A stretch of 64,000 nucleotides of DNA from Isosphaeraceae bacterium (GTDB taxonomy: Bacteria; Planctomycetota; Planctomycetia; Isosphaerales; Isosphaeraceae), in the NCBI GenBank assembly GCA_965201075.1, contig CBDAVP010000015.1:1-64000 (forward strand). Reading direction: 5' to 3'. Of this stretch, positions 56,258 through 64,000 are shown one piece after another; positions within the stretch are counted from its first letter, which is position 1; each line of letters opens with the position of its first letter. The notes beneath the pieces are model-generated. The model was given only the letters and a program-made list of their open reading frames with translations. It did no database searches and was not told where the DNA came from. Both the position numbers and the translations under genes were made by a program.

Positions 56258-57451
56258 ATGGACGCCGCCATCGGACGGGTTGCCCAGTCGTCCCTGGTCA
56301 GGACGGTCCCCCCTACCCTGCCTTCGGGCCTGCGCGTCGCGCTGGTACATGACTGGCTGACGGGAATGCGCGGCGGGGAGAAGTGCCTGGAAGTGCTTTG
56401 CGAAGCATTCCCCCAGGCGAGACTGTATACGCTGTTGCATCGGCGAGGGTCGACCAGCCCGACCATCGAGCGGATGGCGATTCGAACGTCCCCCTTGCAA
56501 CAACTTCCCGGGATCTCCCGCCATTATCGCAAACTGCTGCCCTTGATGCCGTTGGCGGCGCGGTCGTGGCGGCCCGAGGGGGTTGACCTCGTGGTCAGCT
56601 TCAGCCATTGCGTGGCCAAGGCCGTGCGAGCCCCGGCGGGCGTGCCTCATGTTTGTTACTGCTTCACACCCATGCGCTATGCCTGGCCCGGACGCGAGGC
56701 GTACTTTCGGGACTGGTCCGGACGACCCCTGCGGCGGGCCCTGGCCGAGACGTTGCTGGATCGCTTGAAAGGCTGGGACCGGGACACGGCCGGGCGGGTA
56801 ACTCAGTTCGTGGCCATCAGTGACACCGTCGCCGCGCGAATCGCGGAGCATTATGGCCGATCCAGCCGGGTGATCCGTCCGCCGGTGGACGTGGGGTTCT
56901 ACACTCCCGCGGCGGTCTCTCGCGAAGATTACTATTTATGCGTCTCGGCGCTGGTGCCCTACAAGCGGATTGACCAGGCGGTGGAGGCATGCACGGCCAC
57001 GGGGCGGCGGCTCGTGGTGATTGGCACGGGGACCGAGCGGGCCAGGTTGGAACGCCTGGCGGGTCCGACGGTTCAATTTCTGGGCTGGCAACCGGACGAG
57101 GTGATCCGCGACCATTATCGGCGGTGTCGGGCGCTGCTGTTCCCCGGCGAGGAGGATTTCGGGATCGTGCCGATCGAGGCCCTGGCTTGCGGCTCGCCGG
57201 TGATCTGCCTGGCCCATGGCGGCGTCCCCGAAACGGTGGACCACCAGGTTGGCGCGACGTATCCCAATGCGACGGTGGACTCGCTCGTCTCGACGCTGGA
57301 GGACTGGGAGGCACGCGGTCGGCCTCATGACCCGGAGGAGGGCCGTGGCAAGGCCGAGGCTCTGGGTTTGTCCGTGTACCGGGAGCGGCTGCTGGGATAT
57401 CTCGCGGAAATCCTCGCGGGACCGATCCCGGCTCCCCACCTTTCGGTTTGA
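56258..57451 (+). CDS. Glycosyltransferase family 4
   Basis: VALVHDWLTGMRGGEK, YCFTPMRY, VPYKRID, EDFGIVPIEA. Confidence 0.93.
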   Translation: MDAAIGRVAQSSLVRTVPPTLPSGLRVALVHDWLTGMRGGEKCLEVLCEAFPQARLYTLLHRRGSTSPTIERMAIRTSPLQQLPGISRHYRKLLPLMPLAARSWRPEGVDLVVSFSHCVAKAVRAPAGVPHVCYCFTPMRYAWPGREAYFRDWSGRPLRRALAETLLDRLKGWDRDTAGRVTQFVAISDTVAARIAEHYGRSSRVIRPPVDVGFYTPAAVSREDYYLCVSALVPYKRIDQAVEACTATGRRLVVIGTGTERARLERLAGPTVQFLGWQPDEVIRDHYRRCRALLFPGEEDFGIVPIEALACGSPVICLAHGGVPETVDHQVGATYPNATVDSLVSTLEDWEARGRPHDPEEGRGKAEALGLSVYRERLLGYLAEILAGPIPAPHLSV

Positions 57452-57531
57452 GCGGTCGTGGACGACGTTCCACTCGCGGATTTGTTGCTGGCCTGTCGGG
57501 ATCTGATGACCGGTGGGTGGCTCCCCCAGCT

Positions 57532-58722
57532 TCATGGAGCGGGCGAGGTTCCCTTGCTGAAGCGAGCGTAAAGGGCGGCGGCCAAATCGTTGAGGGCCGT
57601 CTCAGCGGGCGGTCCCGAGACGTTGGTGGTCAGGACGATGGCGAGGTCCCGTGCGGGGTCAATCCAGATCTGGGCGAGGTTCATGGTGTTCGAGCCGCTG
57701 TGGAAGACCAATGGCGATGGGGCCCATTTGACCTCCAGAGTCCCCCAGCCAAGACCGTAGCCAGCTACGGGACGTTTCGGATTCGCCGAGTTGGCCGAGG
57801 TTTCGAGCATTTTGACGGGCGTTTGGAGCTTGACCAGCGTCTCGGGCCGGACGAGCGCCGGGCCTCGTCGTCCCCGGCCGGCGTTCCAGCCCGCCCAGCG
57901 GGCGAGGTCGAGGATTGACATGTGGGCGATCCCCGCCGGGCCGAGGACCAGAAGGTTATCAGCGCTGGGGCCGGAGAGGCGCGGGATCAGTTGCTCCTGG
58001 ACCCGCGAATGGCCCAGTGGGGAGTCGACCCGGCCGAGAGCGGTGGTTGGGCCGAGGCCAGCGGTTTTGAGGCCCAATGGCGTGAAAATCCTTGCGAACA
58101 TCAACTCGTCCCAGGTCCGTCCGGTGGTCCGTTCGAGGATCGCGCCCAGGACGATGTAGTTGCGATTGGCGTAGGCGAACGATTGGCCGGGTCGAGATTT
58201 CAAAGGGCGGCGGACCCAGCGCTCGACGACCCAGGCTCGCTGGTCGTCGAGGTCTCCCGGTTGGAGTGTCGCTCCGATCAGATCGTCATTCAAAGCGGCG
58301 TCATCGGCCGGGATGCCGCTGGTGTGGGAGAGGAGTTGCTCCACGGTCACTCGGCGGGTGGCGGCGTCCATCTGGCCAGCGAAGGTGGGCAGGGCCTCGG
58401 CCAGGGGCATGTCCCAGCGGAGCGCTTGTTCCTCGACGAGCTGGGCGACGAGCAGGGCCGTCATGGCCTTGGTGTTGGAACCCAGATGGAAGCGGTCGTC
58501 GCGGGTCACGGGCAGGGCAAACCCCGCGCGTCGCGTGCCGACCGCTCCCACGGCCACGACGTCGCCGCCGCAGACGACCGCGGCGGCGAGCGCCGGCAGT
58601 TGGTGCTTGCTCAAGGAGGGGGTCAGTAAGGCTTCGAGGGATTCTTGAGCGCGGATGGGACTCGACGACGTGGTGACGGACGCGACAAGCAGACCAACTT
58701 TCAGGATCAGGCGACGTGACAT
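57532..58722 (-). CDS. Serine hydrolase, beta-lactamase family
   Basis: FHLGSNTK (SxxK), LLSHTSG, YAN, HSGS; signal peptide. Confidence 0.9.
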   Translation of the reverse strand: MSRRLILKVGLLVASVTTSSSPIRAQESLEALLTPSLSKHQLPALAAAVVCGGDVVAVGAVGTRRAGFALPVTRDDRFHLGSNTKAMTALLVAQLVEEQALRWDMPLAEALPTFAGQMDAATRRVTVEQLLSHTSGIPADDAALNDDLIGATLQPGDLDDQRAWVVERWVRRPLKSRPGQSFAYANRNYIVLGAILERTTGRTWDELMFARIFTPLGLKTAGLGPTTALGRVDSPLGHSRVQEQLIPRLSGPSADNLLVLGPAGIAHMSILDLARWAGWNAGRGRRGPALVRPETLVKLQTPVKMLETSANSANPKRPVAGYGLGWGTLEVKWAPSPLVFHSGSNTMNLAQIWIDPARDLAIVLTTNVSGPPAETALNDLAAALYARFSKGTSPAP

Positions 58723-58832
58723 TTCCCCTGGCTCCGCGAGTCAATCGGCCCCACTCCCATCCCCCACGACCGGACCGGCCTCAAGGCTAGCAGGCGGTTG
58801 GGCCGCGGGCGAGGGGGCGGGCTCGCGGACGT

Positions 58833-60887
58833 TCAGGGTTGGAGACTGGGCGGGTGAATCTCGGGCCAGGGACGTTCGTGAGCGGTGGTCTCGACGTTGC
58901 CCGCGAGGTCCTCGGCGTGCGCGATCACCTGGCGAGAGCCGGGTTCGAGGTCGACCGCCCACTCGGCGAAGTTCGGTCTCAAGGAGCGGGCCTCCTGACC
59001 GTTGACCACGACTCGGCGGATGCCGTTGTTGTCGATGGCCGAACCCTGGACGGTGAGGCCGCCTTGCGTGCCTCGGGGAATGAGGCGGTGGATCATGGTC
59101 GAGGGGGGGAGGTCATCGACCGGCTTGAGAAAGTTGTTGGCGTTGTCGCGGGGGGCTCGGCCGGGGCGGGGGGCGAAGACGCCGAAAGACAGAATTCGAT
59201 CCATCCGGAGATCAGCGTACTCGTGCCGGTCAATGTTCGATCGCCAGAGGCCGTACTGGCTGTCGGAGAGGGTCATTCCCCGAATCAGCACGCACGGGGA
59301 GCCCGCGTGAAAGGGCCAGTGGCAGTCCCAGGCCCGGAAGTCCTGGATGACGAAGGGATGGGCGGAGTCGGGCCCGACGCCATCCACGTCTTCCAGCAGA
59401 GTTCCCTCGGCCATCTCGTAGCCGGGCACTCCTCCCAGCGTGAACCCGCCCAGGTTCAGGCCGAAGAAACGCATGGCGTGCGCCTCGTTCCCTTCGAAAC
59501 GAAGGAAAGGAACGGTTCGCACGTCGACGCGGGTTCGCGAGCCGTCGGCCTGGAGGATGGGGAGCACCGGGTCAAAAGTCTTGCCGGCGAGAACCTCGAA
59601 GCGGAAGCCGTCCTGGTCGCACTCGGCCGCGACATTGTGGGTGAAGGCGTTGAGACTATTGGCCCACCAGAAGCCCGAACCGAGATTCCCGTCAAACGGA
59701 AGGACCTGGTCGGGCAGCGGCTTGCCTCGCAGGGCCATGATGGCGAGGTTGCCGTCCAGGACGTTGCGGGTCTCGGTGCCATCTTCCAGGAAGAATCCGT
59801 GGCCGATCGAGCGATAGCCGACACAGTCGCGGACGACGAGGTAAGAGGTGCCGTGGATGGTGAGCCAGCGGTTCTTGCTGTCCCAGATCGACGCGCCGAC
59901 GACTGATCCGCCGCGCATGGTGTTGCCGGCGAGGTGGAAGTGCAGGCTGTATTTGCCGAGCCGCCCTTCCTTGCCGAGGTGACGGAACTCGGCATAGGAG
60001 ACCGAGCCGGACGACCCCTTGTGATACATGGTGTGGCCCCGGATCGCGTCGGGCTCGGCGGATTCGACGATGACGTTGCGGGTCAGGTTGGCGACCTCGC
60101 CCCGGGTTTCGCCCTGGGCCCGGTGGTCGTGTTCCAGAGGGTTGTCGAGAGTCAGGAGAGCGAGGTTCCCCTCGTTGTAGCGTTTGATGGCCAGGAGGGT
60201 CCGCTCCTCGGTGGCGGGACGCTCGGCGACGCTGGTGGTGCGGGTCTGCTTGTAGCCGTACTGGCGAGAGGTGCCAGTCAGGACGAGGTGATCCCCCGCC
60301 TTCCAGCCCTCGATCGCCTCGCGGTCCAGCAGGACGATGGATTCCCCCCGGAAGGCCTCGCGAGCGAGTTTGGTCCAGGTCCGGCGCATCGGCGTGCCGT
60401 GAAACTCCATCCGGCCGCCGCAGGAGAGGATGGCGGGGCAGGTCTCCGGGTCGAGTCCTTCCGCCCACTTCAGGCGGATGGTGGCCGTCACGCCTTCGGC
60501 AATCGGCTCGCCCGGCCGGCCGACCAGCAGCGACGGCGTGGGGTGGGTGGGGTCGGGGCTGGCATCGTGAGCGTCGCAGTCGAAGCCGTTTTCGGAGGAG
60601 TCCTCGCCGGGCTGGACCTTGATGAGCCCCACGACGAGTCGGGTTGCGCGGTCCTGGGCGAATTCCAAGGTCCCGGCGACATGAATTGACCGAATCGGAG
60701 TGTCGCTGGCCAGGTCGTAGACGACCCGGTGACCCGGCCGGATCTGGACCCTTGCCCCGGCCTCGGGGACGCTTCTTCCTTCCCAGGTGGCGGGGGCGGA
60801 CCACGGGCCTTCTCCGGCCGAACGGGTCAGGGGTGGGGTCGGGGCGACGGCTAGCAGCGTCGCGACGATGGCGGGCAGAACCGTCAT
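58833..60887 (-). CDS. G8 domain-containing secreted protein with beta-helix
   Basis: GPWSAPATW...VQIRPGHRVVYD, EVANLTRNV, LGKYSLHFH, GHGFFLEDG. Confidence 0.85.
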   Translation of the reverse strand: MTVLPAIVATLLAVAPTPPLTRSAGEGPWSAPATWEGRSVPEAGARVQIRPGHRVVYDLASDTPIRSIHVAGTLEFAQDRATRLVVGLIKVQPGEDSSENGFDCDAHDASPDPTHPTPSLLVGRPGEPIAEGVTATIRLKWAEGLDPETCPAILSCGGRMEFHGTPMRRTWTKLAREAFRGESIVLLDREAIEGWKAGDHLVLTGTSRQYGYKQTRTTSVAERPATEERTLLAIKRYNEGNLALLTLDNPLEHDHRAQGETRGEVANLTRNVIVESAEPDAIRGHTMYHKGSSGSVSYAEFRHLGKEGRLGKYSLHFHLAGNTMRGGSVVGASIWDSKNRWLTIHGTSYLVVRDCVGYRSIGHGFFLEDGTETRNVLDGNLAIMALRGKPLPDQVLPFDGNLGSGFWWANSLNAFTHNVAAECDQDGFRFEVLAGKTFDPVLPILQADGSRTRVDVRTVPFLRFEGNEAHAMRFFGLNLGGFTLGGVPGYEMAEGTLLEDVDGVGPDSAHPFVIQDFRAWDCHWPFHAGSPCVLIRGMTLSDSQYGLWRSNIDRHEYADLRMDRILSFGVFAPRPGRAPRDNANNFLKPVDDLPPSTMIHRLIPRGTQGGLTVQGSAIDNNGIRRVVVNGQEARSLRPNFAEWAVDLEPGSRQVIAHAEDLAGNVETTAHERPWPEIHPPSLQP

Positions 60888-60922
60888 GGGGGAATCCTTG
60901 TCTCGATTCGATTCGGCCCGGT

Positions 60923-61867
60923 TCAGAACTGGTCGGCGCTCAGGACTTCGCCGCCGGCTCGGGTCACGAACGCATGGATGACCGCCCTGGCCGTCGATTG
61001 CTTGAGGAAGCGGACGGACCCGTCGCAGGAGAGGGCGTTGATTCCTCCTGGATGCCAGGAATACGCCGCGTTGAAGCCATTGTGGCAGTTGATCACACAG
61101 TTGCCATTGTACTGATAGGCACCGCCAGCGAACGTGGCGATCCGCATGTTCTGGAAGCTGGCCCAGGGACCGAAATACCACGCCTTGTCGACAATGTTGG
61201 TGGCGCTAGCCCACGGGAAGCCGTGAACATAGCGGCCCTGCTCGTAATAGTCGGGCTTGCCGGCGCTTTCAAAAGTTAGCATGGTATTGGACAGGCCGTC
61301 GAGGATCGATCGAAGGGCGATCGGCGTGGAGGGGTCGAGGGCGCCGGGATAATCGGTGCCGAATGGCTCGGAATAGGCTCTGGCGGTGAAATAGTCGCCC
61401 GCGGCGGCCGACTGGGTGAAGTCCGGGGTGCCGGTGGTGCCGGTGAACGAGATCAGGCCGGCGACCGACGCGTTGGGTCGGGGCGAGGACGGGCACAGGT
61501 AGACCGACATCGTCGTGTTGACGGCGGTCTGATTCGCGGGAACATGGAATCCGAACGAGAAGTTGTAAGCCTGATAGGCAGGGGCCTGTTCCAAATAGCC
61601 AAGGATTTGAACTCCCCAGCCGCCGAAGTATTCGGCGTTGGGCTGCACGGGGGGGATCTTCGAGAACGCAGTGGGCGGAAAGGCGTCGTGAATGCTGGCA
61701 TAGTTGTGAAAGGCGAGCCCGATCTGCTTGAGGTTATTCGAGCATTGAGCCCGACGGGCGGCCTCGCGGGCCGCTTGCACCGCGGGAAGCAGTAGCCCGA
61801 TCAACACCCCGATGATTGCGATAACCACCAATAGTTCAATCAGCGTGAACCCACGACGAACATTCAT
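60923..61867 (-). CDS. DUF1559 prepilin-like protein
   Basis: [61 protein letters not shown]. Confidence 0.95.
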   Translation of the reverse strand: MNVRRGFTLIELLVVIAIIGVLIGLLLPAVQAAREAARRAQCSNNLKQIGLAFHNYASIHDAFPPTAFSKIPPVQPNAEYFGGWGVQILGYLEQAPAYQAYNFSFGFHVPANQTAVNTTMSVYLCPSSPRPNASVAGLISFTGTTGTPDFTQSAAAGDYFTARAYSEPFGTDYPGALDPSTPIALRSILDGLSNTMLTFESAGKPDYYEQGRYVHGFPWASATNIVDKAWYFGPWASFQNMRIATFAGGAYQYNGNCVINCHNGFNAAYSWHPGGINALSCDGSVRFLKQSTARAVIHAFVTRAGGEVLSADQF

Positions 61868-62003
61868 CAGGTCGGCTCGCTCTCTCGGACCTCCCGCCGT
61901 CAGCCCTGGACCGGAGGGCTTTTTACGGGACCGTTGGGTACCGGAGGGTTCAGCAGATCAGAACCGAGCCCAGCCTGGCCAGAGCGAATCACGCGTTGAC
62001 AGT

Positions 62004-62990
62004 TTATTGTCCGTGAGTGGCCAAAAAATCATCGCCCATGCGGTCGCCGGGAAAGGGGTGGTGGCCATTGAGGAATTGCGTTGCGGTCAGCGGTTTCCCT
62101 CCGACAAGCTGAACTCGTTCCAGGCCGATGGCCCCCTGCCCCGCCGCGACAACCAGCCGCCCGCCGGTTGATTCGAGGATGCGACCCGGAGAGCCGGAGA
62201 CGTCATCGACGACGGTGGTGTGGTGGACGATCAGCCGCACGGGCCCTTTGCCCACCTCGGCGGGGTGCCAGGTCGTCGAGGCGATCGGCCAGGGCTGCAT
62301 CGCCCGGACGAGGTTGTGAATCACTCGGGCGGGACGGGACCACTCGATCCGCCCATCCTCCTTGCGGAGTTTGGGTGCCTTCGTGACCTGGGCTTTCGAC
62401 TGCGGCAGCACCTGGGCGGTTCCGTCAACCAAACAGGCTAGCGTCGAGACCACGAGGGGCGCGCCCAGGCTGGCCAGACGAGCTTCTAGTTCGCCAGCGG
62501 TTTCATCGGGGTCGATTGGCGTGCGAGCGATCGCAATCATTCCGCCAGCGTCGATGCGGGGGGTCATGCGGATGACCGTCACTCCGCTCTCCCGTTCCCC
62601 ATTCTGGATCGCGCGGGCCACCGGCGCCGCTCCCCGGTAAGCGGGCAGGACCGAGCCGTGGAGGTTGACGCCTCCCAGCGGGGGGAGGGCCAGAAGTTCC
62701 GCCGAGAGGATCTGGCCGTAAGCCGCCGTGACCAGAACTTGAGGTGCCAGGTCGCGGATTCGCGCGATCGCCTCGGGGGCGTTGACATCCTCGGGCTGGT
62801 CGACGGGGACGCCTCGGTCGATCGCCGCGAGCTTGATCGCGCTGGGGATGAGTTGCTGCTTGCGTCCCTGGGGACGGTCGGGCTGGGTGACCAGAGTGGC
62901 CACGTCGCAGCCGGCATCGACGAGGGCGAGAAAGGTTGGCAGTGCGAAGTCGCCGGTGCCGAGCATGAGGAGTCGCATGGGATTCGCCAT
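62004..62990 (-). CDS. fmt: Methionyl-tRNA formyltransferase
   Basis: LGTGDFA, VTQPDRP, NLHGSVLPAYRGAAP, IDAG, APKL. Confidence 0.96.
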   Translation of the reverse strand: MANPMRLLMLGTGDFALPTFLALVDAGCDVATLVTQPDRPQGRKQQLIPSAIKLAAIDRGVPVDQPEDVNAPEAIARIRDLAPQVLVTAAYGQILSAELLALPPLGGVNLHGSVLPAYRGAAPVARAIQNGERESGVTVIRMTPRIDAGGMIAIARTPIDPDETAGELEARLASLGAPLVVSTLACLVDGTAQVLPQSKAQVTKAPKLRKEDGRIEWSRPARVIHNLVRAMQPWPIASTTWHPAEVGKGPVRLIVHHTTVVDDVSGSPGRILESTGGRLVVAAGQGAIGLERVQLVGGKPLTATQFLNGHHPFPGDRMGDDFLATHGQ

Positions 62991-62991
62991 T

Positions 62992-63579
62992 TCAAGACCT
63001 GCCGTCGCGGGCGAGCTCGTCGAGCTGGCGGCGAATCTCGTCGTCCGAGGGGGTAATCCCCTCGGCCTGCTCTCGGCGGAACGCGGCCTCCCACTCTCGG
63101 AGTTTCGGGCCGGCCGCGTCTTTCGCGGTAGGAGTGAAGTGGTCGATATGGAGGTGACCATCCAGGTGGTCAATCTCGTGCTGCATCGCCACGCTGGGCA
63201 GCTCGTCCCCGTCGACCTCGATCGGGTTGCCCGCAAGGTCATAGGCCCGCACCCGCACCTTCTTCGACCGACGCACCATCCCGTAGAGTCCTGGGAAGCT
63301 GAGACAGCCCTCCTCCCATTCGATCTGGGAGAACCGCTTGACGACCTCGGGATTGATGAACACCTGCTCCTGATCGGCACGCTGCGGGTCGGCGCTGACA
63401 TTCAGGATGAAGAAGCGGAACGGCAGCGCGACCTGATTGGCGGCGAGGCCAACCCCTTTGTGTTCGTACATCAGGTCAAACATGGCCCGGACCTGGGCCC
63501 GAAGCGTGTCGTCGATGCGGGGGACCGGGACCGACTGGTAACGCAAAGCCGGATGAGGGTAGTTCACGATCCTCAGCAA
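62992..63579 (-). CDS. def: Peptide deformylase
   Basis: GVGLAANQV, EEGCLS, QHEIDHLDG. Confidence 0.96.
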   Translation of the reverse strand: MLRIVNYPHPALRYQSVPVPRIDDTLRAQVRAMFDLMYEHKGVGLAANQVALPFRFFILNVSADPQRADQEQVFINPEVVKRFSQIEWEEGCLSFPGLYGMVRRSKKVRVRAYDLAGNPIEVDGDELPSVAMQHEIDHLDGHLHIDHFTPTAKDAAGPKLREWEAAFRREQAEGITPSDDEIRRQLDELARDGRS

Positions 63580-63669
63580 AGTTCCAACTCCGAGACGCTT
63601 CCGTAGGGATTTGTCGAGCGATTATCCGGTCAAGGGCCAGCGAGCGTCAACCCGCGGAGAGGGCTCGGT

Positions 63670-64000
63670 TCAGGGAGAAGACGCCGGAGCGAACGGGTCG
63701 GCGGGCAGCGGGCCGGGGGAATTGGGCGGCGTGGCCCAAAGCTCCCAGAGCGAGCCCGCCAGCAAGGCCACGGGCCCATCGTCGACGAGGGCGGTCGTGG
63801 CGTGCCTGGTGGTCTCATCGCCCAACCGCGGCCCAGGGGCGCCCAGGCGGATCGACGTTGGCGTGGTCGAGCCTTCTTGCGTGAGGAACACCTCGCAGGC
63901 GGGCGGGGAGAGGCCCGTCGGCGAGGGGATGGCACCGCTGTACTGGGTGAATCGGGCTGCCTGGAGATTCGCCAAGGCGTCGAGCAAGGTGTTGACCCGG
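63670..64000 (-). CDS. C-terminal part of a DUF4340-like protein (5' beyond window)
   Basis: VNTLLDALANLQAARF...GLSPP...IRLG pattern; frame open to the window end. Confidence 0.55.
   Translation of the reverse strand, partial: RVNTLLDALANLQAARFTQYSGAIPSPTGLSPPACEVFLTQEGSTTPTSIRLGAPGPRLGDETTRHATTALVDDGPVALLAGSLWELWATPPNSPGPLPADPFAPASSP

Noticed and set aside
61870..61990. Guanidine-I (ykkC), c-di-AMP riboswitch or twister ribozyme
   Set aside because: Isolated words resemble them (GGTCCGAGAG, AAAAGCCC, GCTGAA), but order and pairing do not fit the consensus

Overview
GC-rich bacterial chromosomal window, most likely Planctomycetota (Isosphaeraceae-like). This is inferred from TIGR03067-type, DUF1559-type, PVC-type heme CxxCH and PEP-CTERM proteins. 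Most of it is core or typical planctomycete content: sulfatase, NikR, DEAD-box helicase, glycosyltransferases, Maf, MMPL, Nramp, ExbB/ExbD, SurE, FKBP, fmt/def and three tRNAs (Leu-TAG, Ser-GCT, Ala-GGC). The most striking feature is a three-gene minus-strand cluster (14027-18301). It encodes a eukaryote-like XPB helicase, a 74-aa protein resembling TFIIH p8/Tfb5, and a 744-aa protein with p52/Tfb2-like clutch+CTD modules, making it a candidate bacterial counterpart of the XPB-p52-p8 translocase module of TFIIH. Second, an arsenic-resistance cassette (arsR-arsM-exported ArsC-like-acr3) lies 3' of tRNA-Ser. It is bracketed by two inward-facing, stuttered copies of the 3'-end motif of a decayed REP-associated tyrosine transposase (RAYT). 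Also present are a triplet of paralogous membrane-associated GTPases, two copies of a REPIN-like element and two frameshifted genes. All family assignments are by eye from motifs; no searches were run, and eukaryotic reference sequences are recalled from memory.
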